From Nymphaea colorata (taxonomy: Eukaryota), in the NCBI RefSeq assembly GCF_008831285.2, contig NC_045138.2:42160001-42224000 (forward strand): a stretch of DNA of 64,000 nucleotides, given 5' to 3'. Position 1 is the stretch's first letter; each line of letters opens with the position of its first letter. The notes under the pieces are model-generated. The model had not been told where the DNA came from. It saw nothing but the letters and a program-made list of their open reading frames with translations, and did not search any database. The position numbers and the translations under genes were made by a program. Positions 25,062 to 37,400 of this stretch are shown here, one piece after another.

Positions 25062-25449
25062 ATGTCGGTACCATAGTGTCCCCATTCGGCTTGTCAATGG
25101 CTGCTTTTGATCAGGATTGAAATAAGTAGCCATTCCAAACTCTATTGTCCAGAGGATGCAATTATTATCGAACAAAAATTTTGAGCCCTTAATATCTCGA
25201 AAAAGAACTCGCCGACTGCGGCAATGCTTGAGGGCCATGTAGCATTTGATCTGCCAAGTCCAATTTTTGAATATAAAAGCAAAAGCTTATTTATCATCTA
25301 AAATATACGCAGCAAATGACACAAACCTCTCAATATTAAATGGAAAAGCAAAACGTAGCAAGAGTCACTACCTGTGGCTCTATGAACTTGACGCCTACAA
25401 TACAGGAAAGGGCAGCAAGGTCTTCCATGTACTGAAAAACAAGGTACAA
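25062..25449 (-). pseudogene. Two-exon fragment of a CDK-like Ser/Thr kinase (plant CDKC-related family); catalytically dead
   Basis: Exon ~25449-25372 reads LYLVFQYMEDLAALSCIVGVKFIEPQ, then a GT-AG intron (25371-25251), then exon 25250-25062 IKCYMALKHCRSRRVLFRDIKGSKFLFDNNCILWTIEFGMATYFNPDQKQPLTSRMGTLWYR. HRD has become FRD and DFG has become EFG. Confidence 0.88.
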
Positions 25450-25976
25450 ACATTTTTTCTTTCTAAATATGAAATCTTAGCTCCACTCCTGGTCTGAATT
25501 GTTTAGGCCCATACTATGCAGAAAGGCAGATAAAACCTCATCTCTTATCGCTTTCATTTTCTTGCCTCGTTTTTCATTGAAAGCCCAATAAAGGACTAGA
25601 TCAAACCACATCTCCTACATTTCCTAGCAATGCGAGAACATAAATCTCAGAGCACTAATTGATTTTATCCATTTTCAAGGAATTTGACTCCAGCATCCAA
25701 GATTTAATCTGAGTGCACTCATACTAGGGATGCCATCTTGGTAGAGGGTTTAATTCATCTTAATCATCAAAATCATGAGGCGAAGAAAATAGTGCCATCA
25801 CAAATATAAAACAGAGGTCTTCACATGATTCATTAAACACTTGATTGCAAGTTGCAACGAACATAGTTCATTGTTGTCCTAGCTTCCTCTACAAAATTCC
25901 TCACCTACTTTGTCCTTGCTCCCCCATTCGTCCTCCTCACCATCCTGAAATTTGTTCCATTCATTTTCCTACAACC

Positions 25977-25978
<2 letters not shown>

Positions 25979-26028
<50 letters not shown>

Positions 26029-26043
26029 AGAGAGAGAGAAAGA
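25979..26043 (+). repeat. (GA)n microsatellite
   Basis: Run of AG dinucleotides seen directly. Confidence 0.95.
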
Positions 26044-27989
26044 GGCTGCCATGTTCTAACAAGAGCTCCATCATTCTAGTGCAACTTTACTGTTCTAGCA
26101 GCTCTAGAATTCAAGCACTAAACAATTAGGAAGAAAATGAAGATAAACCAGCTAAATGTCTCCATAACATTGAGTAATAGGTTTATTGTCTTATTGGTAG
26201 GGTAAAAAAGTAATTCCTTGAAACTTTACCTTTTCCTATTGACAATCAAAAAGTGGATGCTTGTTATATAGTTGCTTGACCCAGATAGTGAAATGAAAAT
26301 TATTCAAACATTGTCATCCTTCTCTTATATAGTTGATAGCCATTTGTTAGGCATGTTTCTGTAAGTTGTTACTGTTTGATTTTTTTTATCTAATCCAATA
26401 ACAAAAATTATTGTTAAAACTAAGAAAAGAAATCAGTTAAGCTTACCAAGAGCAACTTGCATCTTATCGGTTAAGAAAAGACAAGGCTTTGATACTCTAT
26501 CAGCAAATCGTCCAAGACATTATGAAGTCTTATGCAGTATAGCACAGAGGATCACTGAGCAAAGAATTAGACACTAGAATTATTCCTATAATGCAAATTA
26601 AGTTGTGCAAGAACTAGAGGAGAACTTTTTTAGTAACCTAAACCAGCAAAAAGATGCATACTTTTTTAGGTGCTGAAATGCATAGATCTATGAAGTAGTA
26701 ATCAGCACTAACAGAATAAAGTTCCACATTTATGTAAACTAACATAAATCATTTTTCAGCTGCACACAACTAGAAAAGTGTATCTCCATCAGAAACCACA
26801 AGAAAACTTGACATACTTATACGTCTTCCAGAGAAAAGATCATGAATCCTTCCTGAAGACTGATTGAGGTGATCAAAAGAGTTGAATGTAGCCACATTGA
26901 AGATTTTAGAGGAAGAAAGGCTCACCATGCTGTAGAGAATATGATCAGGCTCAGAAGCCACAAAAGTGCACTGCATCAATATGACAAAAAGAAAAAGAAA
27001 AGTGAAATGACAAATCTGAAGAACATAAATATTTGTGCCCCAGGTAGAAAGAAATTACACATACGGTGAACCAAAATTCATTGTACTCAAGAAGTAGCGT
27101 GAACAAATTATGTCACATAGGCTTGCCAAAACAGGTGCCATCCCAAGTTGATGCATTTTGGATCTGGGTGCAGGTTTGCCAACTAGACCTGACTATTTTC
27201 ATCAAATAGTTGCCAGACTTAAGCCAACAGAAAGCTCAGTGTGGTATAGAAAGCATGAGCCCACAAATTGAGTTAGTAAATTCCCTTTTTTTGAAATATT
27301 TTTGCTATTGCCATTGGTTTTTCTTGATAAACTTTCTATCAGTAGCAAAGTTTGCATTTGCTTGATTATGTTATGTACATACTTATAATTATTAAGGGTT
27401 TGTTGTTTCCCACCAGCAACCACACCCAAACTCATGTGTGTTGTCATGCTATTAACAATTTCAATCAGTCTAGAGAAGTTTAAATCAAAGTTACCAATTG
27501 TCAAGGAAGGCTGTGATTATCAAACAACCAGCTAGTCTGTCCAACTAGTCAATCTAGTTGGTGGTCTGGCAACTAAGCCCTAGCCTATAAATCAGCAAGG
27601 TCTAGTTAGGCAGACTAGTCCATTGACTAGAGCAAAAAAGGGGCAAGATTATTGAAATTAGATAGAAAATTCTCAAATCAAAATTCAAGATTTTAGTAGC
27701 TAAGGAGGCAATTTATCTACAAAATGGACGAGAAATCACCTCAATCAAGAAGAAGAGATAAGTGCCGAGAAATATTGGCAATAGATCCGCAAGTGAAAAT
27801 TATCAAAAAAATCTCTGTAATTGATTTGTCCTGCTGAAATTTTGCACAAGAGCTATCAAGGTCCATAGCTACGCCTTTTGTGATGATGATTTCACCTTCA
27901 TCACATTAAACACATTGTCTTTTCTTGGTTATACTCATTTTTAACACATGCAACCAAGTTGTGTTGGCAACCATTTTAAAGAATTTGTG

Positions 27990-28120
27990 TTGCTTAGCTT
28001 TTCACCTTTTAGACATTGAAAACTCAACTTAACAACTAAACAAAGTTATTTACCAGGACTGGTCATATACTTGCTCACTATGCTAGCTGCATGTGAAAGG
28101 TTTAGCCATGTACATGTCAT
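27990..28120 (-). pseudogene. Ty1/Copia (Tnt1/Tork-like) RT C-terminal fragment
   Basis: Manual translation from 28120 leftward gives MTCTWLNLSHAASIVSKYMTSPGK*LCLVVKLSFQCLKG, matching the Copia motif MVCTRPDIAHAV.VVSR...PGK.HW.AVKWILRYL.G. Confidence 0.8.
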
Positions 28121-28440
28121 TGTGGTAGCAGCTGCTACCAAGCCCCACCCTTCATAGCAAAAGAACTCATGCACCCACCCAACAAAACCCTAATTCCGAT
28201 TAGGGTAATCCCTCCCAAAGGGCTATGCAACTCGAAGGCTGGGTAGATACCTGGACACACACAAAAACTACCTTATTTATAAGGCCAACACGATGTCTAT
28301 TTTGAGGACCGGCCCATAAGACAGTTATGATCCATGACCCGGTGACTCACAATTACTCTCCCCTTTGAAAATACCTTGCCCTCAAGGTGGGAAGAAAATT
28401 TTGGTGATTGCGATAGGCCTTCTTGCACTTGGGCACCTCC
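28121..28440 (-). mobile_element. 3' end of a small-LTR Gypsy element (Reina/chromovirus-like): 231-bp 3' LTR (28121-28351), PPT (28352-28366) and terminal internal sequence
   Basis: Minus strand reads ...ACCTTGAGGGCAAGGTATTTTCAAAGGGGAGAGTAAT|TGTGAGTCACC...CTACCACA. The LTR is homologous, in inverted orientation, to 51843-52068. Confidence 0.8.
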
Positions 28441-29390
28441 CTACAGGCAAACAAACACACGTGAGGTAATAACAGATAGGATGCGGCATCTGCACTAGCC
28501 CTGCCCGATTCTCATAAGTAAAAGATGAGGCAGTTTAGCTAATTGTCATGCCCATTACACAGACCATTAGTAATTCAGTTGGGCCATGCCTGCGGTTTGC
28601 TGGGTACAAGAGCAAAACCATTGCCTGGCCACTTGTTCCAATAACCTTTTTTTTTTTTTTTTTTTTTTTTGTCTCTCATATGAAAATGCATTGTTTGTGA
28701 ATTCAACAAAAAGATGATTTGAGATTAGATGAAATCTCTAACCCAGAGCCAAACAAACACACGAGCTATTAACATACAAGGCGGGGCAGCGGACCTATCT
28801 AGGCTATCCCTACCTGATTCTCATAAGAAAAAGATGGGGCTAGGCCATGCTTGGAGTTGGCTGGCTAATGGCCTGATAATTTTTTTCATACAACTCATAT
28901 TTAGATCCATTGTTTGTGGATGGGGCTGGTCCATGCTAGCCTTGCCCGATTCTCATAAGAAAGAGAGAGAGAGAGAGAGCGAGATGGGGCTGTTTAGATA
29001 AATTGTCAGGCCAATTACCTGGTCCATTAGTAATTGGGTTGGGCCATCTTGGGGTTGGCTGGCTACTAGGCCAAAACCGTTGCCCGATAATATTTTTTTT
29101 CATATGACTCATATGAGGATCCACTGTTTGTGAATCTAACAAAAAGATGATTTGATATCAGATGGGATCTCATGCCTATAGGCAAACAAACACACAGGAG
29201 ATATTAACCGGCCGGGGCATCGGGCCAGTCCGAGCTAACCCTGCCCGATTCTCATAAGAAAAAAATGAGTTGTTTAGATAATTACTTGGCGCATTACCCG
29301 GTCCATTAGTAATTAGGTTAGGCCATGCCTGGGGTTGGCTGGGTACCAGGTCAAAACCATTGCTTGGTACCTAGCCCAATAATTTTTTTT
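28440..29390 (-). repeat. Tandem array of the ~270-bp repeat (~3-4 partial units), opposite orientation to 60.6-63.2 kb
   Basis: Recurrent CCCTGCCCGATTCTCATAAG, CCATTAGTAATT and AAAAGATGATTTGA motifs, all reverse complements of the distal array. Confidence 0.9.
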
Positions 29391-29609
29391 GTTGTTATTT
29401 TTAAATACTTGACAAGTAAAAGAGCATGGTTGAAACTTTGTAACACATCACAACTTTTCATGATCCTCTCTTCCATATGTGGTATAAGACTAAATAAGCA
29501 CCCTTTTCAGAAGACTTTATTCAGCGAGGCATGTTGAGCAGTGCATATTATTCAATCACTAGCTTTTGTATTGACATGCTTTTTGAGGATCCCTTAGCAA
29601 ACTGTTTAT

Positions 29610-29900
29610 AAAAAAAGGGGGGGATGTTATGGATGTAAAGTTGAAAATTCTTCATTTGGATCTTATTTGGCCCCAACATGTCCTGTCGGGCCTGTGAGGC
29701 CTATCCTGCTATACTTTCTGGTTAGGGAAGGCCTGATCATTCGTGACCCGTTAGGTCGCAACTGCAGCCAGCAGATACCCAGCCTTATTAATAGATTATA
29801 GAAAGCATTGGAATTCATCTCTTTAGAAGAAGAATTTTCTCTCTCATTATGTTTGTGTGTGTAAGTGATAGAGAAAGAGAGAGAGAGAGAGAGAGAGCCC
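29610..29900 (+). mobile_element. Possible PPT plus LTR remnant
   Basis: AAAAAAAGGGGGGGA followed by TGTTATGG at 29625. No partner LTR or clear CA end was found. Confidence 0.3.
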
Positions 29901-31470
29901 ACTGGGATTATGGATATATGAATTGTGAATCATAAAAAGTTCATGCAATTCGATGAAAAAATGTAAAAGGAAAAAGGATAGTTTTCTAGCTCGGCTGTAT
30001 CACTTGTCCTGCGAGGCCTCTTCTATTGCCTACGGTCCTGAGAGTGGCCATTAGATCTTAACTCATACATTGATTGTTTATTTGTAAATGCACTGAACGT
30101 TCAGTAGCTATTTGTAATTTTGTCCGCTGCTTTGTGATATTGCCCAAAAATAACCAAGCCCAATTAGAGCTGCTTATTTCTTTTTTTAACAAAAGGATAT
30201 AACATACACATTTGTCCACTCGTGTCCTTTGTAGTGTAGAGAGAGAGAGAGACGTCCCATTAATTTTCTTAGTGTAACTAATTCTGACAACTTCAATCCA
30301 TCAGTCTCTTTATTCAATGGTTACTGATGATCATAGAATGAAACAAGTTGTTAAGATGTGCTTAACGAACAACTCTTAAAGATTTAATCTCCTTACATTT
30401 GTCTATATATATATATATCACCTGCACCGTGGAGGGGAGGCGACTGCCTCCCCTCTCCCTGCACATTGCAGGTAATCGGGCAAGCCCGATGCCATTTTTA
30501 GCTTTTTTACAGTAAGCATCCGATCCTGTGAAGCATAAACGTTACGCCAAATAGGGTAGACAGAATTGTGTTTTTCCATTTACAATGCAACATGACTAAA
30601 TTAAATACCGTAGATGCCTTCAGCACATTATTTAAGAAAAAAAAAAGTTCCTGGATCATGCTTTATTTATTTACAGGCGCATGTCTCTAGGACGTGAAAA
30701 TTCAGGTAACCGTGAGAACCCTATTTTGAAATTCCTGAAACATCAGTTTATGTGTTGCAAATGAGTTGCCTGCCATATGCACAAGTGACTTTAAATCGCA
30801 TTAATGTGGTCAAATACTAATATTGCACAAGAATGTGAAATGCAAAACAGAAATGGTCCATGCAGCCTGTTGTTGGGAGGAATCAACCGATCACAAACGC
30901 CCAAAGATATTTTCTGGTAAATCATGTGTTCCTTTTTAAGACACTATATGGATGATTCTAGGCAACTTGACTATGATGCACATAGAACTCTTATAGTGGT
31001 TTGAAATTGAAGGCGTAAATTTTTTGTAGGTGTTCCAGCCTCCAAAAAAACCATGTATTATCTATTGGAAGCACCCGGTTCGAGCGTCCGTTCTCAACAA
31101 GTGGACCATAACACATGCGTTTACGGTCTTAGATTTGAAAAAGCCAAACCAATTTTTTCATATATCTCAACAAAAAGATCAGTATAGCGATACACGACGG
31201 GCAATTTAGTCCTGAAATTCGAAAATAAGTGTGATAATGAGGCTGTGAAAATTTGACTAAATCTGCATCAGTTTTCACTCAAAAGTGGGACACAGCTTAA
31301 ATGGGAAAAGAAAATTCTTCTGATTTTGTACAATGATGAAGAGAGCTATTATTTGATTTCTATGTAATAATTCGATTTGGATCTCCAGCAACTGCACATT
31401 TTTTTATGTTGAAATATGTACTCGTAGTGAGGTAATTTATAATCGCGAAGTTGCCACATAACAACCTCAA

Positions 31471-34400
31471 TTAGCAAGACAGCTGACCTGCTTGCTTAGA
31501 ATCCAATGCTACCGAGCCACTGCGCAACGCACCTGAGACATTTTTACCACCAGCCTCTGTAACCAGATGTGATCGTAATAAAAATGGTCTTTTAAGGTAT
31601 TGCCACTTCTGAATCTTGTTCATTCCGATAGATTTCAGCTGCTCCTTGCGAAACTTGCGTGTTGCATACCATTTACCACCTCTCCAGCCAAGACCGTATC
31701 TGCAAAGTGAAATGAATAAGCTATGACACTGATATACAAAGCAAATATGAAAATAGCATGACAACTGGTATAAATCAGGAAGCAGGATGACTTGTTGCAT
31801 CTTGTCCATCGGAAACCACAAGCACAGTTAGGAAAGACTTTTAGTACTACATCTAGGAGATACAGTAGTCAAAAGTCAAGCTTAGCACCAGTATATGCGC
31901 AGGTATCAAGCTTGAACAATTTGCTGTGGTGACTACTCAGCCTCTATCGAACTGATTAGGATGTGAAACAAATAAAGTTCGAATTATTTACTGTGGTGAC
32001 CATGACCTGAGCCTCTATGAAATTAAGAAATGAACTCGAGGATGCGACAAATCAAGTATGAATGATTTACTGTGATGACTGTGGCCGAGAGAAACCTCTC
32101 AAGTAGCCTAGATGGAATTGATTAAGTGAAGACAAAATCAAGTACAAATGATTTACTGTGGTGCCATAGCTGAATTAATTAGTGAACACTTACATATGAC
32201 AAGACAAACCTCAAGCAATGATGAAGAAAGATAAATGGACTATGGATTTCAGAGTAAGAACAAGAGAACCATGCCACTTGTTTGCTAAGATTTTATGTTT
32301 TCCCTTCCACTACTATTACTGCTATGGCAAGTACAGTCATTATGAAATGGATGCAAGAAGCAGTACAGGAAGTAGAACATGAAATGACAAACTAATTGTT
32401 AGAATATCTTGTAATAGGGAACCGGGTCCGGATATCCCGGTCCCATGGGCGCGGATACCGAGGCTGGCTCGGTACCCTAGGCGGGCTCTCTATCTCTCTC
32501 TCTTATAATCTCTACTTATTGTAAATTTGTTGATTAAGTGGAAATAATCTTCTCTCTCCTAGGGTTGCGGTTTTGCCCCTAGGTTAGAGCTTCTCCATGG
32601 TTTTTCACCTCTTCCTGAGGTTTTCCACGTATATCTTGTGTTTTGTCTTCGTTTTCTTCTTCCATTGCATGTTTCTACACTAATCATAAGGAAAAGGAAA
32701 TTTAAAATAAACAAAAGTGCAGCACAAAATTAGGTGGAAATAAATTGGGAGCTGGAACTGGAAATTCCCTAGGAATTGAACTAGAAGCAAAAGGGAATTA
32801 GGTGAAGAATGAATAAGAATTCAGTAACAAGTGAATGTTAGTGAGACAAAATCAATGGAAAAGCAAATCTAGCATCTTTATTTTAGCTAATGTTGTCAAA
32901 AAACAGTGCTTTCTGAATTTCCATGTAAGAGACACCCAATACAAGATCCATATTTTCATGTGAAAAAATTACGAAATTTTACGAAATTTTGTGCTTGACG
33001 CAGAACTTCTGAGTAGCTAAAATTTGCATCGGTTGAAGGATAAAAAGGGGAAAAACATAAAATTTTTCCATGTTTGACAGTTCAAGAAAAATTTTTGTCC
33101 TTTATTAAAATCTCAATCAAGATTTATGATTTAAACTTATTCTAAACATAACAATGAGATTAGCACATTACAAATGTCAAACACAGTAAAATCATGTTTT
33201 TAATGGAAAAAATGAAACAAAAAAAAGAGTTTGTTCCCCCACCAAAACCCTTGGAAGAAGGGAAAACCTCTCGTGCATCACCAGGACATTATGGTACATT
33301 GAGTGAGACTAGAGCAAATCAATGGGAACAGGCTCAAAATAAATGAGATAGAACTGGTGTGCAGTTGCCAACGACCCACTGCCTGAAAGCTTTGTGTAGG
33401 GCCCTGTAGGTTGGCATGCCAAATTTAATTAATGAGGAGCAGGTCATATGAGATGACATCATCGGGTTTAGACAAAAGTTTCTTCCACAGAAAAACTTTT
33501 GCGTTGCTTGATAAAAATGGGGAAAACAGGTTAACCTGACCCACCACCTACTTCTGGAAAACCCTTTGCTTAGTTATCAAACAGGGAGTCAAGGACAAGA
33601 TTATTCTTAACAACGGGTAGCATTGGAGTACATTAAGATCTTAAAACATGAAATCAAGGTTGTTGATGTAGGGAAAACATGTGGAAGCATGTGGAGAATG
33701 AGAGAAAGTGTAGATGTATGAGGGAAGCAAAAAAAGTGCAAGACCAAATCATGGAGGAACATGAAAAGAAGTGACAAAAAAATGAGGAAATCAAAGGAGA
33801 ACTGCAGTGAATTCCTGATTTTCAATATGTTCTGAAGGTAAAGAGTATCTTGCCTACAAAAATGAGCTTTGGACCATACTGGACCATTGTTGATCCTGAT
33901 ACCACAACGAAAGCCAGGGTTTTGTGGTTTTATCATCAGTAACCACACAACCAAGTGAAGTTACACACATTTCATACCATAAGCATTATTCCTCCAGACA
34001 CTCAGTATTCAAATTTGCTCAATAGGTCACATATGAATCTGAAAATAAGCTGAGAAAAGAAAAAAGGACAACGGGAATAGTGAATGGGTTATGAATTTCA
34101 AAAGTGCACGATGGTATAAGGTACAAAGCTAAGCAGATGTATCAAGAAAGATTTAACATAAAGATATGACAAATTATATTTCCCTGAAAAAATCCTAACT
34201 GCAAAAAGTTGGTAATTTAGGATCCCTGTCTCTTTTTTTTTTCTTTTTTTTTTTTACAAGTGACGAATATCTTGAGCACACATTATGGTGATTTATTAAT
34301 TGAAACCAAGATTCTCATGAACATTTAAGTTAAAAAAGTGCTCAAAATTATGCAACATTCAGCCTTACATTCAGATGCAAAGGAAAATTCAAATGTTGCA

Positions 34401-37400
34401 AAAGATATTCTGAATCGACACAGTGCAGAGAGAGAACAAACCCAATAACTAGGGAGGTTCCTGCAGTGGCAATCAAAGATGTGGTACCAGTATTTCCAGA
34501 ACTAACGATCTTCTTTATGTCTGATTGCTCAATAATGTGTGCACCTCTCATCTGCGACAGAACAAGTAACAGCCCAATACTGAGAACAAATTTCTGGAAG
34601 AGGGAAACTGGATGTAAATGTTGGGATCATAAATGTCCCAAAGATGCATATTCCATGGCTTGCATTGTCAAACACGGTGAAGAGTGTCTTTATGACACTT
34701 GGTCAAACATATTTCATTTTGGTGAAATAATCAAACCAGTAGAGGCATGACAATCTTGAGAGCATATGAGAAAGACCACCAAGACTGCCATATAACTGTG
34801 CATATCAGAGCTCAATATCTGCTTATACATCCCATTCAAACACGCCCTCTATATCTGCTTGACTATGCTGAGTGGTAATGCATGAAGGGCAAGAATAAAA
34901 TACGGACATTACATGATCTAAGGTTCCAAATAAATTAGGAACAAAAGTTTCCAGATCAAGAAAGAGAACAACAAATTTAAATGGAAAACATCCTCAACAA
35001 ATTCATAAATTCAGATATTATTTTTACATATCAAACATCAAGCCAAAGGCCTTCATACTTCAGAAATTTTGGCTCCAATTTATGACACAAAGCACAAACT
35101 CCCACAAGAACTTTCTGCTTAAGCAGACAAGTGTGCAGGGGCATCCCCATCATATCAACTATCAAGCTTGCTATTAGCAATGTTTGAATTAGCATAGTCA
35201 AATATTGTGTATGGATTTTAGATGAAGCTTTTCTCGTATATAATATCGGCAGGATTGTTTTTCTTAGAAAAATATTGACAAGTTTTAAAATAATTTAAAA
35301 AAAAATCATAAAAGTAAAATGTGGAAACAAAAAAGTGGCAAGAAAAATGTAAAAAACACAAAAAAACCCAAAAAATATGAAGAGAAACAAAAAACATAAA
35401 AATATGCAGAAAATGAAAAAAATGTAAAAAAACATAAAAATGAAAAATGGTGAAAAACACGTATTTTTTACTTTTTTTGTTTTGGTTTTCTTTGTAAAAA
35501 AAAAGCTATTTTTGCCTTTTTTTTAGCTGACTCATTTTTAACGTGTCCAATTTTTTCTTTTTGGTGAGGAAAAAAATCATTTTCCATGCATATGTGAATT
35601 AGATCATATTTTGCTGGTTACTTGTAAGGCCATTTTGGATTACTTGGTAGGCAGCATCACTTCAGGCTGCTAGTAGTTCATTGACCTATTATCAAAAATT
35701 AAGTTGAAGAACAAATTTCTAAAAGCTAAGTCAGATGGGTAATGGTACAATACGGGTACAGGTACAGCGATTTTAGAAATTTTCGGTATGGCAGAGTGTA
35801 TATGTAAATATACATTATAATATAATAATCCACAAAAATTTTCAAAATTAAAGAAAAATGAGAGAAAAATATAGAATCTTGGTGGAAGGGAATTACAAGA
35901 AAAAGAAAAAGTCAAAATTAAAGAAAAAGGTTAAGTTTGAAGATATAATTTTATATGTTTTAAAATGCAGTCATACCCAGCTGTACCCACATACCTGTGT
36001 CGCCGTACCCATGTACCGACACGGGTACGTCGGCAAATCACACGTACCCATACAACAGTCTAAAAGTAATGCACTATGGATTTAGATTATGCACAAACTA
36101 TGAAATAATACTCACAGCTTGCTCAATTGAATCAAGCCTTTGCTCAACTTTAGACTGATGAACGTATCGTAAAGAATAGCCTGCAAAAAATATTGAATTT
36201 TAAGAAAAAAAAAGAAACATAATCAATCCGAAAGTATCTAAAGGTTATTTCCTTTTTGCACCATTAGTCAACCAAAGCAGATATAACTTGGATAAAATCA
36301 TTTCATCGTGGACCATAGAACAAGGTGTAACATAGTTAGGCCCCCTTCCCATTTCCAACTATTTCAGGAACTCCATATGACAAGTCGCCTCCTCTTGATT
36401 TGAAAGTTGTTCCATATACAAGTTGGGAACCTCTGATTTTGTTAGTCATTAATAATGCATAACGGAATTGTCATATGGCAATGAAAGAAACCTATACTTG
36501 TTGAAACTTTATAAGTTCCATAGGTGACCACAACCTAAAATACCCCAGAAGATGTTGCATTTTGTTGCATTTGAATCTTAAATGGACATTGTGCCTGCAA
36601 AGGATTGTTAAATACACATGATACACTTGCACGAGATATTTATCTCTCCTTAAAATTTTTTCATTGCATCACCTTGAATACATGTATGCTACCCCCCACC
36701 AAGCCTCTTGACACGGTTATATAGATTCATCACTGCTATGCTCAATTTATTGGATACCTATCAGGCTGAATGCTTAATTCAAAACTGTAATGTTCCTTTC
36801 TTCATTCTTCACTTTTTGTATTATGCCTATGGTCATTCCATCAAAAATTGCAGTTTATACAGAGGCTTTATTGATGCCATACATACAAAAGCCCAAGCAG
36901 AAGCATTGCCTAGTTGATTCCCTTCAAAACATCCCCTTGACTTGGTACTTTATTTAGAGCTAGTCCCTGGCAAAAGCCTAAGCACTTCCAGGTAGGCCTT
37001 ACACCAAGGTGCAACCCAACTTGACCAGGAGAAATATGGCACAACCATTTTGTTCTTCCTTCTGCTTAAATATGTAATTGCTAATAAGAGGACATAAAAT
37101 CAACTGATCAAGTTCTCCACCTATCTTCATCTATATCCTCTTGTACAGTCAGTCATAGACATAAATTTGAGATACACGGTGAATCCCAGACATATGCTGG
37201 AAATCTAGCATTCATGCCAGAAGCAGCAAAACTTGTCATTTTCTGGGCTTCTGGTATGAATATGTTTTTTATGTTGACCAGACACTTCAATGCCTACCTT
37301 TGATGACCTTCCAATGACTAGATTCCCAACAACACAATGGAACACATTGTTTCAATTTGCTCATTGCATTTGGCAGCACCAACATCTAGCAAACAACTAG

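Noticed and set aside
28054..28086. Apparent 33-nt exon with good splice signals
   Set aside because: Better explained as part of a continuous Copia RT motif that reads through both supposed splice sites.
35180..36060. MITE/Helitron-like remnants (A-rich block, GTACC repeats); similar patches near 27510, 32890 and 43080
   Set aside because: Texture is suggestive, but termini and TSDs could not be defined, so they are not called as features.
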